Below are positions 14,345-23,925 of a stretch of DNA of 24,000 nucleotides, piece after piece. Every line of letters begins with the position of its first letter. Position 1 is the first letter of the stretch. The notes under the pieces are model-generated. The model had not been told where the DNA came from. It saw only the letters and a program-made list of their open reading frames with translations, and did no database searches. Location: positions 280,790-304,789 of the forward strand of contig NZ_KE384349.1 of NCBI RefSeq assembly GCF_000425325.1, written 5' to 3'. The stretch is from Rathayibacter toxicus DSM 7488 (GTDB lineage: Bacteria; Actinomycetota; Actinomycetes; Actinomycetales; Microbacteriaceae). A program made the translations under genes and the position numbers.

Positions 14345-16030
14345 CTAACTGGCGGAAATCGCCTCCATTACCGCCGATCGTGCGGCGGCAGCGCTGTCGG
14401 CCGCGAGCGCACGTTCGGCGAAGCGCTGGGCGTCTGCAAAGGTGTGCCGCGCCAGCTCCTCGCGTACATCGGCGAAAGCCGACGGCGACATGGAAAGGCT
14501 CGTCGCGCCCAAGCCCGCGAGGACCACGGCCAACAGTGGGTCGGCGGCGGCCTCGCCGCAGATGCCGACAGGCCTGCTCAGTGCTGCGCCTGCGCATCCG
14601 ACCTCGTGGATAAGTCGAAGCACGGCCGGGTGCCACGGGTTCTGGTAGGCAGACACTGTGCCGAGCATTCGATCAGCACCGAGCGTGTACTGGGTGAGGT
14701 CGTTGGTACCGACAGAGGCGAAATCAGCAACCTGGAGAATCCGATCGGCGAGCAGGGCGGACGAGGGTATCTCCACCATCACGCCGACGGTGCGGATACC
14801 GAGCTCCCGTGCCACCGCGGTGAAATACCGCGCTTCCTCAACGGTGGCCACCATCGGCGCCATCACCCAGAGATCTGCATCGGTCGCCGCATCTGCCTGG
14901 GCAAGTGCATTCAGCTGGTCGCGGAGGATCTGCTCATTGGCGCGCAAGGCCCGTAGGCCACGAACCCCCAGCGCTGGATTCTCCTCGCGGTCCTCGTTGA
15001 GGAAGCTCAGTGGTTTGTCGGCACCGGCGTCGAGGACGCGAACAACAACTTTCTGGCCGGGAAAGGCGGCCAGAAGACGGGTGTACTGTTCCGCTTGCTC
15101 GGCGACGGTCGGCGCCTGTTTTGCATCGAGGAAGAGAAATTCCGTACGGAACAAACCCACGCCCTCAGCGCCCAACGTGACCGCGTTCCTCACGTCGTCG
15201 ACGGAGCCAAGATTAGCCAGCAGCGGCATCGGGCGACCGTCACCGAGAGCACCAGGCACAACGAGAGCGGCTCGTACCTCGCCTCGCTGCGCGATGGCCG
15301 CTTTCACCTCGCTGATCTCAGCCTCCGAAGGGTTGACGGTCACAACGCCCGACGCAGCATCCACAATGACCAGCTGGCCGTCCTGAAGATCACGCGCGCC
15401 GCCCGTGCCGACAAGAGCGGGAATCGACTTCTCACGAGCGAGGATCGCTGTATGCGAGGTAGGACCGCCATCACTGGTGATCAGCCCACGTACTTTCTCG
15501 AGGTCGAGCAGCGCAGTGTCGGCCGGAGCAAGATCATGGGCAACCAGCACGAACGGCTCGTCCGATTCCGGAACGCCGGGAGCCGCCACGCCACGCAAGT
15601 GCGCCACGACGCGCTGCGAGACATCATCGAGGTCGCTCGCCCGTTCGGCCAGATAGCCGCCGAGAGCGAGCAGTGCATCGCGGAATCCCGCGAACGCCTC
15701 ATACACAGCACGCTCGGCGGTCTTGCCGACGCTAATGCGAGCCTTGACATCCTCGGCGAGTGCCGGATCTTCTGCCATCATCGCTTGAGCGTCTAACACG
15801 TCCTGTGCTGAGCCGCCTGCCCGCTCGCCGCGGCGACGAATGGTTGCCGCCGTCGCCGAGAGCGACGTCGCTGCACGCTCCTGCTCCTGAACAATGGTGA
15901 GCATACTCGGATGGTCCTGCGGATCCGGTAGCGGCTCGGGCATCCGCAACACCGGTCCGAAGGCGTAGCCACGCCCCACTCCGGTGCCGTGGAGCTTGAG
16001 GGAGGCGGTGGGGGGCGTAGACAGCGTCAT
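14345..16030 (-). CDS. ptsI: Phosphoenolpyruvate-protein phosphotransferase (PTS Enzyme I)
   Basis: Active-site region GGPTSHTAILAR, FASVGTNDLTQYTL, and the C-terminal CGEAAADP motif. Length 561 aa. Confidence 0.95.
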   Translation of the reverse strand: MTLSTPPTASLKLHGTGVGRGYAFGPVLRMPEPLPDPQDHPSMLTIVQEQERAATSLSATAATIRRRGERAGGSAQDVLDAQAMMAEDPALAEDVKARISVGKTAERAVYEAFAGFRDALLALGGYLAERASDLDDVSQRVVAHLRGVAAPGVPESDEPFVLVAHDLAPADTALLDLEKVRGLITSDGGPTSHTAILAREKSIPALVGTGGARDLQDGQLVIVDAASGVVTVNPSEAEISEVKAAIAQRGEVRAALVVPGALGDGRPMPLLANLGSVDDVRNAVTLGAEGVGLFRTEFLFLDAKQAPTVAEQAEQYTRLLAAFPGQKVVVRVLDAGADKPLSFLNEDREENPALGVRGLRALRANEQILRDQLNALAQADAATDADLWVMAPMVATVEEARYFTAVARELGIRTVGVMVEIPSSALLADRILQVADFASVGTNDLTQYTLGADRMLGTVSAYQNPWHPAVLRLIHEVGCAGAALSRPVGICGEAAADPLLAVVLAGLGATSLSMSPSAFADVREELARHTFADAQRFAERALAADSAAAARSAVMEAISAS

Positions 16031-16198
16031 GAGGTACGGGAATTCCTATCGTGAGTCTCGGCGATGAGAGAAGAAGGCGAACGGAGTCCGCCCGTCACTG
16101 TGATCCAACCCGCGTGGTCGCCACTATGGTGGGGGGCTTCCGCGGAGATAGGTGCCTATGCACGCTAAACCGCCACCGTTCGCGGAGGCGGTACCAGC

Positions 16199-16465
16199 TC
16201 AGGCGTCGTGGTCAGTGCTCACAAACTCCGCAAGTTCGTCTAACACAGCCTGCTCGTTATCACCCTCAACGCTGATGGTGAGCTCGTCGCCACACTCAAT
16301 GCCGAGCGAGATGATCCCCAGGATGGACGCAGCATTAACCGCAGCCCCCTCCCCCTTGGCGACAAGAACTTTCTGGCCCGACTTCGCCGCGGCCTGACTA
16401 AAAAGCGAAGCAGGGCGCGCGTGAAGGCCCTGTGATGATGCAACCGTCACGGTGCGCTCGAGCAT
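16199..16465 (-). CDS. ptsH: Phosphocarrier protein HPr
   Basis: MLERTVTVASSQGLHARPA places His at position 15 when ATG 16465 is used. GAAGGAG lies 8 nt upstream. The track ORF starts two codons earlier, at 16471. Confidence 0.93.
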   Translation of the reverse strand: MLERTVTVASSQGLHARPASLFSQAAAKSGQKVLVAKGEGAAVNAASILGIISLGIECGDELTISVEGDNEQAVLDELAEFVSTDHDA

Positions 16466-16727
16466 GAACATTTCTCCTTCGTGTGGCAGTCTGCGCTGCG
16501 TCGATCCTCATCGGGTCAGTACGAGCGTGTTAATGGTGCCCGAGCCACGGCTCAGAATGACCGCGACGCGCCTGTGCGCGAGGCGGCAGTTCAGCGCCGA
16601 CAGGCGCTGAAGGTCGTGGAAGCCTCCTCACCGTAACGGCAACCGCGTCCATTCGCATCACACCAGCTATCCGACAAGAAGTTGATCTCGCGTCGCCACA
16701 ACGGAGAGTTCGGCATAAGACGCGCAG

Positions 16728-17579
16728 TCACGCCGCGGCGATGGGGGTGGGCACGATCCCATAAGGCCCGAGCCCGGCAGCCCCGCCATCCTCGAGCGTC
16801 AACACCCAGATGCCGTCGCGATGCACGGCAACGGAGTGCTCCCAGTGCGCGCTCATACTGCCGTCAACAGTCGCCACCGTCCATTCGTCGTCCCGCACCA
16901 GCGTCTCGGGGCTACCTGCCGTGACCATCGGCTCGATGGCGACCGCCAAACCCGGCTTTACTTCTGGACCGCGCTGACGCACCCGGTAGTTGAATACCGG
17001 TGGTTCCTCATGCATGCTGCGACCAATGCCATGGCCGATGTAGTCGGTGACTATTCCGAAGCTACGGCCCACACGCTCTGCCTCATCCTCGATGTATTCC
17101 TGGATCGCCGCGCCGACCTCGTTGAGGTGGCGGGCTGACGCGAGCGCCGCAATACCGCGCCAGAGCGAGCCCTCCGTGACGCGACTGAGTTCGGTGCGCG
17201 CGGCGACTTCCTCCGGTCGCGTCGGGTCAGGCACGATGAGTGTCATCGCGGAGTCGCCATTCCAGCCGTCAATTTCTACGCCACTATCGATCGAGACGAT
17301 ATCCCCGGGAGCCAGCACTCGTTCTCCCGGAATACCGTGAACAACCTCGTCATTAACCGAGGCGCAAATCGTGTGCCGGTAACCGGGCACCAGGGAAAAG
17401 TTGGAGCGCCCGCCGCGATCGTTAATCACCGCTTCAACAGCACGGTCAAGTTCACGTGTCGTGACTCCGGGGCGCAGCAAGACGCGGACGGCATCAAGGC
17501 ACGCGGCCGTCGCCAGCCCTGGCGCGACCATCGCCTGTAGCTGCGCCGGAGACTTATAGAGAGAAAACCGGGACCCCAC
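16728..17579 (-). CDS. map: Type I methionine aminopeptidase
   Basis: ICASVNDEVVHGIP, GDIVSIDSG, GHGIGRSMHE and SAHWEHSVAV metal-ligand motifs. GTG start lies 3 nt after the adk stop. Confidence 0.95.
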   Translation of the reverse strand: MGSRFSLYKSPAQLQAMVAPGLATAACLDAVRVLLRPGVTTRELDRAVEAVINDRGGRSNFSLVPGYRHTICASVNDEVVHGIPGERVLAPGDIVSIDSGVEIDGWNGDSAMTLIVPDPTRPEEVAARTELSRVTEGSLWRGIAALASARHLNEVGAAIQEYIEDEAERVGRSFGIVTDYIGHGIGRSMHEEPPVFNYRVRQRGPEVKPGLAVAIEPMVTAGSPETLVRDDEWTVATVDGSMSAHWEHSVAVHRDGIWVLTLEDGGAAGLGPYGIVPTPIAAA

Positions 17580-17582
17580 GAT

Positions 17583-18200
17583 TCACGCGGCCGGACTGTC
17601 GAGTCGAGTCACGCGGTGTCCTTCGAGGGCAGCGACAATGCGCTCCGTCACTTCATCTACAGGTCCAAGCCCATCAACAACAACGACGAGGCCGCGGTCC
17701 TCATAAAGGCCGATCAGCGGAGCCGTCTGCTCCTCATATAGTGCAAGGCGTCGTCGAATCACGTCATCGGTGTCGTCGCTACGCCCCTGTTCAGCCGACC
17801 GCTTGATCAGGCGGGCCACGACCTCGTCGGGATCGGCAGTGAGCTGAATGACCGCGTCGAGTCGATTGCCGTCCGCGGCGAGGATCCGATCAAGTTCATC
17901 GACCTGCTCCGTGGTGCGCGGGTAGCCATCGAGCAAAAAACCCGTGGAAGTATCCGCCTCCTGCAAACGATCATGCACGATCGCGTTGGTGAGTTCATCC
18001 GGGACATAACGCCCCGCGTCGAGATACTTCTTGGCCTGAAGGCCGAACTCAGTTTCGTTAGCCACGTTGGCGCGAAAGATATCTCCTGTGGAGATGGCGG
18101 GCACGCCGAGGATTTCGCACAGCCGAGCAGCCTGGGTTCCTTTACCCGCGCCCGGAGGTCCGATCAGCAGGAGACGAAAGCCGACCGGGTTGGAGTTCAT
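17583..18200 (-). CDS. adk: Adenylate kinase
   Basis: LLLIGPPGAGKGTQA P-loop and GFLLDGYPRT. Its ATG overlaps the secY TGA (ATGA). Confidence 0.96.
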   Translation of the reverse strand: MNSNPVGFRLLLIGPPGAGKGTQAARLCEILGVPAISTGDIFRANVANETEFGLQAKKYLDAGRYVPDELTNAIVHDRLQEADTSTGFLLDGYPRTTEQVDELDRILAADGNRLDAVIQLTADPDEVVARLIKRSAEQGRSDDTDDVIRRRLALYEEQTAPLIGLYEDRGLVVVVDGLGPVDEVTERIVAALEGHRVTRLDSPAA

Positions 18201-19519
18201 CGGAGGAGCCCTTCATAATGGCGCTGCTGCAGCTGGGAGTCAATCTGCTTCACCGTCTCGAGGCCGACTCCGACCATGATCAGGATCGATGTGCCGCCGA
18301 AGGGGAAGTTCTGGTTCGCTCCGACCAGAGCGAGGGCGACCAGCGGCACCAGGGCGATGAGGCCGAGGTAAATCGATCCTGGCAGCGTCACACGGGTCAA
18401 AACGTAGTTGAGGTATTCCGCAGTAGGACGTCCGGCGCGGATGCCCGGAATGAAACCACCGTAGCGCTTCATATTGTCGGCGACTTCATCGGGGTTGAAC
18501 GTAATGGCCACGTAAAAATAGGTGAATCCGACAATCAGCAGAAAGTAGAGCACCATGTAAAGCGGGTGGTCACCCTTGGTGAGATAGGTCGTGATCCAGG
18601 TAACCCAGGCCGGTGCCTCCTGACCCGCAGCGGGCTGGTTGAACTGCGCGATCAGTGCAGGCAGGTAAAGCAGCGACGACGCGAAGATCACGGGCACCAC
18701 ACCGGCCATGTTGACCTTGACCGGGATATAGGTGTTATTCCCACCGTAGGTGCGCCGACCAACCATTCTCTTGGCGTACTGCACCGGGATACGCCGCTGC
18801 GATTGCTCCACGAACACGACACCCACCACCAGTACCAGCCCCACGGCCAAGACAAGGAGGAAAGTCTCGAAGCTGCGCGACTGGGCAATCGACCAGAGTG
18901 AGGTCGGGAACTGCGCCGCGATCGACGTGAAGATGAGCAGGGACATACCGTTACCGATGCCGCGCTCGGTGATGAGTTCACCCATCCACATGATCAGACC
19001 GGTACCGGCCGTCATGGTAACCACCATGAGCAGCACCGAATACCACTCATTGGCAATGACAAGAGACGAGCACTCCGGAATACCGGAGTTGCCAAACAGA
19101 GCGCCAGAGCGAGCCACCGTGATCAGGGTCGTCGATTGCAAGATACCCAAAGCGATGGTCAGGTAGCGGGTGTACTGCGTCAGCGTACCCTGGCCCGCCT
19201 GTCCCTCCTTATAGAGGGTCTCGAAGTGCGGGATGACTACACGCAACAACTGCACGATGATCGACGCCGTAATGTAGGGCATGATCCCGAGCGCAAAAAT
19301 CGACAGCTGGAGCAGCGCGCCACCACTGAAAAGGTTGACGAGTTCATAAAGACCAGAGGTGCCCTGGTTACCTGCAAGACAGGTTTTCACGGCGCCGAAA
19401 TCGACAAACGGAGACGGGATAAAGGATCCCAGTCGGAAGATCGCCACGATCGCTAAGCTAAAGCCGATCTTGCGGCTGAGGTCGGGGGTGCGGAAAATCC
19501 GCGCTACAGCGCCAAACAC
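18197..19519 (-). CDS. secY: Preprotein translocase subunit SecY
   Basis: 440-aa polytopic membrane protein. LFALGIMPYITASIIVQLL is the SecY signature. It sits in the canonical position between rplO and adk. Confidence 0.96.
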   Translation of the reverse strand: MFGAVARIFRTPDLSRKIGFSLAIVAIFRLGSFIPSPFVDFGAVKTCLAGNQGTSGLYELVNLFSGGALLQLSIFALGIMPYITASIIVQLLRVVIPHFETLYKEGQAGQGTLTQYTRYLTIALGILQSTTLITVARSGALFGNSGIPECSSLVIANEWYSVLLMVVTMTAGTGLIMWMGELITERGIGNGMSLLIFTSIAAQFPTSLWSIAQSRSFETFLLVLAVGLVLVVGVVFVEQSQRRIPVQYAKRMVGRRTYGGNNTYIPVKVNMAGVVPVIFASSLLYLPALIAQFNQPAAGQEAPAWVTWITTYLTKGDHPLYMVLYFLLIVGFTYFYVAITFNPDEVADNMKRYGGFIPGIRAGRPTAEYLNYVLTRVTLPGSIYLGLIALVPLVALALVGANQNFPFGGTSILIMVGVGLETVKQIDSQLQQRHYEGLLR

Positions 19520-19559
19520 TACCTAATGTCTCCTGCTCAGTTCTTGGTGCGGGATACAC

Positions 19560-19608
19560 GTCGAGCTTGTCACGTGCTCCCGAAAGGAGTTAGCGTGACA
19601 AGCTCGAC
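19560..19608 (-). other. Perfect 15-bp stem-loop in the rplO-secY spacer
   Basis: GTCGAGCTTGTCACG-(19 nt)-CGTGACAAGCTCGAC. The loop itself contains CTCC/GGAG complementarity. Confidence 0.7.
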
Positions 19609-19625
19609 CGACAAGTTGCTTGGTG

Positions 19626-20147
19626 CTACTTGATAGATCCGCCAGCAGCGACAATCTTCTGCTCCGCGGAGCTAGAGACCTTGTCGACCGTGACGTTCAG
19701 CTTAACGGCAATCTCTCCGTCACCGAGGATCTTAACCTTCTCGTTCTTGCGTACCGCACCTTTGGCAACCAAGCCACCCACGGTGACATCGCCACCCTGA
19801 GGATACAGCTCAGCAAGAGCGGACAGGTTAACAACTTGGTACTCAACTCGGAACGGATTCTTGAAACCGCGCAGCTTCGGGGTACGCATGTGCAGCGGCA
19901 TCTGCCCACCTTCGAAACCGAGTCGCACCTGGTAGCGAGCCTTCGTTCCCTTGGTGCCGCGACCAGCGGTCTTGCCCTTCGAGCCTTCACCGCGACCCAC
20001 GCGTGTTTTGGCTTTCTTGGCCCCGGCGGCCGGGCGCAGATGGTGCACCTTGAGCAGGTGCTCCTTGGTCTCCGCGGTACCCTTCGTGGTGGTCGCCCGG
20101 GTGGAAATCGTTGACTCCCCCGCGACGGCCTGCTTCATCTCAGCCAT
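19626..20147 (-). CDS. rplO: 50S ribosomal protein L15
   Basis: [39 protein letters not shown] 20147 overlaps the rpmD TAA (TAATG) but adds about 30 aa ahead of the usual N-terminus, so the start is uncertain. Confidence 0.93.
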   Translation of the reverse strand: MAEMKQAVAGESTISTRATTTKGTAETKEHLLKVHHLRPAAGAKKAKTRVGRGEGSKGKTAGRGTKGTKARYQVRLGFEGGQMPLHMRTPKLRGFKNPFRVEYQVVNLSALAELYPQGGDVTVGGLVAKGAVRKNEKVKILGDGEIAVKLNVTVDKVSSSAEQKIVAAGGSIK

Positions 20148-20332
20148 TAGTCAATCTCCTCAACCTTCACCAGGTGGGCGACGGTCTTCACGTATCCGCG
20201 GTTCTGGGCGTTGTCCTCGCGGACCACGCTCTGACCGATCTTCTTCAGGCCAAGCGAGCGCAGCGTGTCACGCTGGTATTGCTTTTCACTGACCTTCGAC
20301 TTGATCTGGGTTACCTTGAGCTGAGCCATCAC
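20147..20332 (-). CDS. rpmD: 50S ribosomal protein L30
   Basis: [33 protein letters not shown]. Length 61 aa, in the canonical position. Confidence 0.95.
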   Translation of the reverse strand: MMAQLKVTQIKSKVSEKQYQRDTLRSLGLKKIGQSVVREDNAQNRGYVKTVAHLVKVEEID

Positions 20333-21033
20333 GCACCCACCTTCGCTGCGGACGCGGCCGCGAGAGCGTCAGCCTCGGCGCGAACAAGACGAGCGGGAGC
20401 AACCTGGTCGAAGTCGAGACCACGACGAGCGGCAACAGCCCGCGGCTCCTCGAGCTGCTGAAGAGCCGCAACGGTCGCGTGCACGATATTGATCGTGTTT
20501 GACGAGCCGAGCGATTTGCTCAGCACGTCGTGAATGCCAGCACACTCAAGCACCGCGCGAACCGGACCACCGGCGATAACACCGGTACCCGCGGCTGCAG
20601 GGCGCAGAAGCACGACGCCGGCCGCAGCCTCGCCCTGAACCGGGTGGGGGATCGTCGATGCCACGCGAGGGACACGGAAGAAGTTCTTCTTCGCCTCCTC
20701 AACGCCCTTCGAGATAGCGGTCGGGACCTCACGGGCCTTGCCATAACCAACGCCCACCAGGCCGTTTCCGTCACCGACTATGACAAGAGCGGTAAAGCTG
20801 AAGCGACGACCACCCTTGACGACCTTCGACACGCGGTTGATGGTCACCACCCGCTCGAGGAACTGGCTTTTGTCGGAGTCACGGCCTCCGCGATCACGGC
20901 CACCCTGATGACGGTCACGACCGCCACGACGGGACTCACGGCCATCCTGCTGCGGCTGCGTGGAAGCAGCAGTCTCGACGGGAGCCTCCGACACGGCGAC
21001 GACTTCGGATTCCTTGTTTTCTGCGGCGCTCAC
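20329..21033 (-). CDS. rpsE: 30S ribosomal protein S5
   Basis: [45 protein letters not shown]. There is an Arg/Gly/Asp-rich N-terminal extension. The GTG start overlaps the rplR TGA (GTGA). Confidence 0.96.
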   Translation of the reverse strand: MSAAENKESEVVAVSEAPVETAASTQPQQDGRESRRGGRDRHQGGRDRGGRDSDKSQFLERVVTINRVSKVVKGGRRFSFTALVIVGDGNGLVGVGYGKAREVPTAISKGVEEAKKNFFRVPRVASTIPHPVQGEAAAGVVLLRPAAAGTGVIAGGPVRAVLECAGIHDVLSKSLGSSNTINIVHATVAALQQLEEPRAVAARRGLDFDQVAPARLVRAEADALAAASAAKVGA

Positions 21034-21401
21034 AGGTTGAGTCCTGCCTCTCGTGCTCCATCGGCGATCGCAGCGACGCGACCGGCGTATTTATTGCCTC
21101 CGCGGTCGAAGACAACCGCCTCAACCCCAGCCTTTTTAGCGCGCTCGGCGACAAGTTCGCCGACCCGGCGGGCCTTGGCCGTTTTATCACCATCGAATGC
21201 CCGAAGATCAGCCTCAAGGGTTGATGCCGAGACGAGAGTAGTGCCCCGCGCGTCGTCAACAACCTGCACGAAGACATGGCGGGCCGAACGGTTCACGACG
21301 AGGCGGGGGCGCTCGGCGGATCCGATCACTTTCTTGCGCAGGCGGTCGTGGCGCCGACCGCGAGCGGCGGATTTGCTCTTTCCTCTGGTTCCGAGACCCA
21401 T
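21030..21401 (-). CDS. rplR: 50S ribosomal protein L18
   Basis: [34 protein letters not shown]...[26 protein letters not shown]. Confidence 0.96.
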   Translation of the reverse strand: MGLGTRGKSKSAARGRRHDRLRKKVIGSAERPRLVVNRSARHVFVQVVDDARGTTLVSASTLEADLRAFDGDKTAKARRVGELVAERAKKAGVEAVVFDRGGNKYAGRVAAIADGAREAGLNL

Positions 21402-21403
21402 GA

Positions 21404-21940
21404 TTATTTACCGCTCTTTCCGGCCTTGCGGCGAACAACCTCGCCGACGTAACGCACTCCCTTGCCCTTGTAGGGCTCGGGCTTGCGGATCTTACGAATG
21501 TTGGCGGCAACCTCACCGACGGCCTGCTTCGAGATGCCATGCACGGTGACCTTGTTGGTACCCTCCACCGTGAAGGAGATCCCCGCAGGTGGGGTGACGA
21601 TGACAGGGTGCGAGAAGCCGAGCGCGAACTCTACGTCTGAACCCTTGGCCACCGCACGATAACCGGTTCCAACGACCTCGAGACCCTTCGAATAGCCCTG
21701 GGTGACGCCAATGATGTCGTTCGCGATAAGAGTTCGAGTCAGGCCGTGCAACGAGCGGGAAGCGCGCTCGTCGTCCGGGCGCGAGACCAGCACTTGGTTG
21801 TTCTCGACGAGAACCTGAATCGGGCTAGCCACCGAAACGGTGAGCTCACCCTTGGGGCCCTTGACCGTCACAGCGGAGTCGGTGACAGAAACGTCAACGC
21901 CCGCCGGAATCTCGATAGGGAGTTTTCCAATACGCGACAT
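21404..21940 (-). CDS. rplF: 50S ribosomal protein L6
   Basis: [19 protein letters not shown]...[10 protein letters not shown]...GYRA...GFSHPV. Confidence 0.96.
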   Translation of the reverse strand: MSRIGKLPIEIPAGVDVSVTDSAVTVKGPKGELTVSVASPIQVLVENNQVLVSRPDDERASRSLHGLTRTLIANDIIGVTQGYSKGLEVVGTGYRAVAKGSDVEFALGFSHPVIVTPPAGISFTVEGTNKVTVHGISKQAVGEVAANIRKIRKPEPYKGKGVRYVGEVVRRKAGKSGK

Positions 21941-21946
21941 GAGGGG

Positions 21947-22345
21947 TTACCACACGTAGGCGAGGACTTCCCCACCCACGCCCTTCTTCTCGGCCTGGCG
22001 GTCAGTGAGCAGACCGCTCGAGGTGGACAGGATGGCTACTCCGAGGCCACCGAGGACCGTGGGGATCTCGGTTGACTTCGCGTACACACGCAGCCCGGGC
22101 TTCGACACTCGCTTAATTCCGGCGATGGACCGCTCGCGGTTCGGACCGTACTTGAGAGAGATAGAGAGCGTCGTGCCGACGCGGTTTTCCTCGACCTTCC
22201 AATCGGCGATATAGCCCTCACGCTTGAGAATCTCAGCAATGTGAGCTTTGAGCTTGGAACCGGGAAGGGAAACAGAGTCGTGATGCGCGGAGTTCGCGTT
22301 GCGGATTCTGGTCAGCAGATCTGCGACCGGATCAGTCATAGTCAT
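21947..22345 (-). CDS. rpsH: 30S ribosomal protein S8
   Basis: [23 protein letters not shown]...[14 protein letters not shown]...GGEVLAYVW. Confidence 0.97.
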   Translation of the reverse strand: MTMTDPVADLLTRIRNANSAHHDSVSLPGSKLKAHIAEILKREGYIADWKVEENRVGTTLSISLKYGPNRERSIAGIKRVSKPGLRVYAKSTEIPTVLGGLGVAILSTSSGLLTDRQAEKKGVGGEVLAYVW

Positions 22346-22578
22346 GGCTGATGATGCCTTTCTCGCCTGGTTTCGGCACCCTTAACACGAGTGACGACCT
22401 GTGGTGTGGGACGGCGCCGACGACGTCGGCGCCCATTCGGCCGCGCGAACGCAGACCAACGAGCAATGCTACACGGCAACAGGCTTCGGATCGAGAACCA
22501 GCTGCACGAATACCTCTGTGCCAGGGCGGAAGAAGACCGGAGAGCGATTGTCACCGACCTCCGGCCACCTAGAACTTC

Positions 22579-23163
22579 TTACGCGTTGTTCACCAAGGTG
22601 AAGGGAAACCCGAGCTGCTTGAGCAGCGCGCGACCCTCCTCGTCGGTCTTTGCGGTGGTCACCACCGTCACATCGAAGCCGCGGACACGGTCGATGCGGT
22701 CCTGGTCGATCTCGTGAAAGATCGACTGCTCCGTGATACCGAAAGTGTAATTGCCATTACCGTCAAACTGTCGGTCGGAAAGACCACGGAAGTCTCGGAT
22801 GCGCGGCAATGCCACCGAAAGCAGGCGGTCCAGGAACTCCCAGGCGCGGTCACCCCGAAGAGTAACGTGCGCACCAATGGCCTGGCCCTCGCGCAGCTTG
22901 AACTGTGCAATCGATTTGCGGGCTTTGGTGATCTGCGGCTTCTGACCGGTAATGGCGGCGAGATCCTTAATCGCACCGTCAATAATCTTGCTGTCGCGGG
23001 CAGCCTCACCAACGCCCGTGTTCACGACCACTTTGACGAGGCCGGGAACCTGGTGGAGGTTCCCGAAGCCAAACTGCTCCGTGAGCGCGGGGACAATCTC
23101 GGCCCGATACTTGGCCTTGAGCCGTGGCTGAACCTTCGCAGCCACTGCGGTGGTGTCCGTCAT
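22579..23163 (-). CDS. rplE: 50S ribosomal protein L5
   Basis: [42 protein letters not shown]...[18 protein letters not shown]. Confidence 0.97.
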   Translation of the reverse strand: MTDTTAVAAKVQPRLKAKYRAEIVPALTEQFGFGNLHQVPGLVKVVVNTGVGEAARDSKIIDGAIKDLAAITGQKPQITKARKSIAQFKLREGQAIGAHVTLRGDRAWEFLDRLLSVALPRIRDFRGLSDRQFDGNGNYTFGITEQSIFHEIDQDRIDRVRGFDVTVVTTAKTDEEGRALLKQLGFPFTLVNNA

Positions 23164-23522
23164 TACAGTTCCTCACCCGACGCCTTCGCGTAGCGAACGC
23201 GAACGGTCTTAGTCACGCCGCCCTTGGTAACGGTCACAGTGCGGTGACCGACCCGAGTCGGCTTCTTGGTTTTCGGGTCGACAAGCGCAACGTTAGAAAT
23301 ATGGATCGGAGCCTCAACGGTCTCGATACCACCCTCCTTCGTGCCGCGCTGCGACTGGCCGACGCGGGTGTGCTTCTTGATGAAGTTCACGCCCTCTACG
23401 ACGACTCGATTTTTCTCGGTCAGGATCTCAAGCACCTTGCCCTGTTTGCCGCGATCTCCGCCGCGGGCCTGGGTCGCGCCCGAGATGACCTGGACGAGGT
23501 CACCCTTCTTTATCTTGGCCAT
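23163..23522 (-). CDS. rplX: 50S ribosomal protein L24
   Basis: [15 protein letters not shown]...KGKQGKVL...NRVVVEGVN (KOW motif). Its TAA overlaps the rplE ATG (TAATG). Confidence 0.96.
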   Translation of the reverse strand: MAKIKKGDLVQVISGATQARGGDRGKQGKVLEILTEKNRVVVEGVNFIKKHTRVGQSQRGTKEGGIETVEAPIHISNVALVDPKTKKPTRVGHRTVTVTKGGVTKTVRVRYAKASGEEL

Positions 23523-23524
23523 GA

Positions 23525-23893
23525 CTAGATAACCTCCGATGCCAGCGACGCAATCTTCATGAACTTCTTGTCGCGAAGCTCGCGACCAATAGGACCGAAG
23601 ATGCGGGTGCCGCGCGGCTCGCCATCGTTTTTGAGAATGACGGCAGCGTTCTCGTCGAACTTGATGTACGAACCATCGGGACGACGGGTCTGCTTGGCGG
23701 TGCGAACGATGACCGCCTTGACCACATCGCCCTTCTTGACGTTGCCACCGGGAATAGCGTCCTTAACAGTGGCAACGATGATGTCACCGAGACCGGCATA
23801 GCGACGGCCGGAGCCTCCCAGAACACGGATCGTCAGGAGTTCCTTGGCACCGGTGTTATCGGCAACTTTGACTCGGGATTCTTGCTGAAGCAT
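23525..23893 (-). CDS. rplN: 50S ribosomal protein L14
   Basis: [50 protein letters not shown]. Confidence 0.97.
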   Translation of the reverse strand: MLQQESRVKVADNTGAKELLTIRVLGGSGRRYAGLGDIIVATVKDAIPGGNVKKGDVVKAVIVRTAKQTRRPDGSYIKFDENAAVILKNDGEPRGTRIFGPIGRELRDKKFMKIASLASEVI

Positions 23894-23925
23894 GTGTGTC
23901 TCCTACTCACTAGCAGGCCGGGGGC

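Noticed and set aside
22342-22554. 70-aa Arg-rich ORF filling the rplE-rpsH spacer, considered as a real CDS or an S14 substitute.
   Set aside because: It has no similarity to S14. The Arg7 run is simply the translation of a GC palindrome. The composition is odd and GC3 is lower than in the neighbouring genes. It is reported as a finding to be checked, not as a feature.
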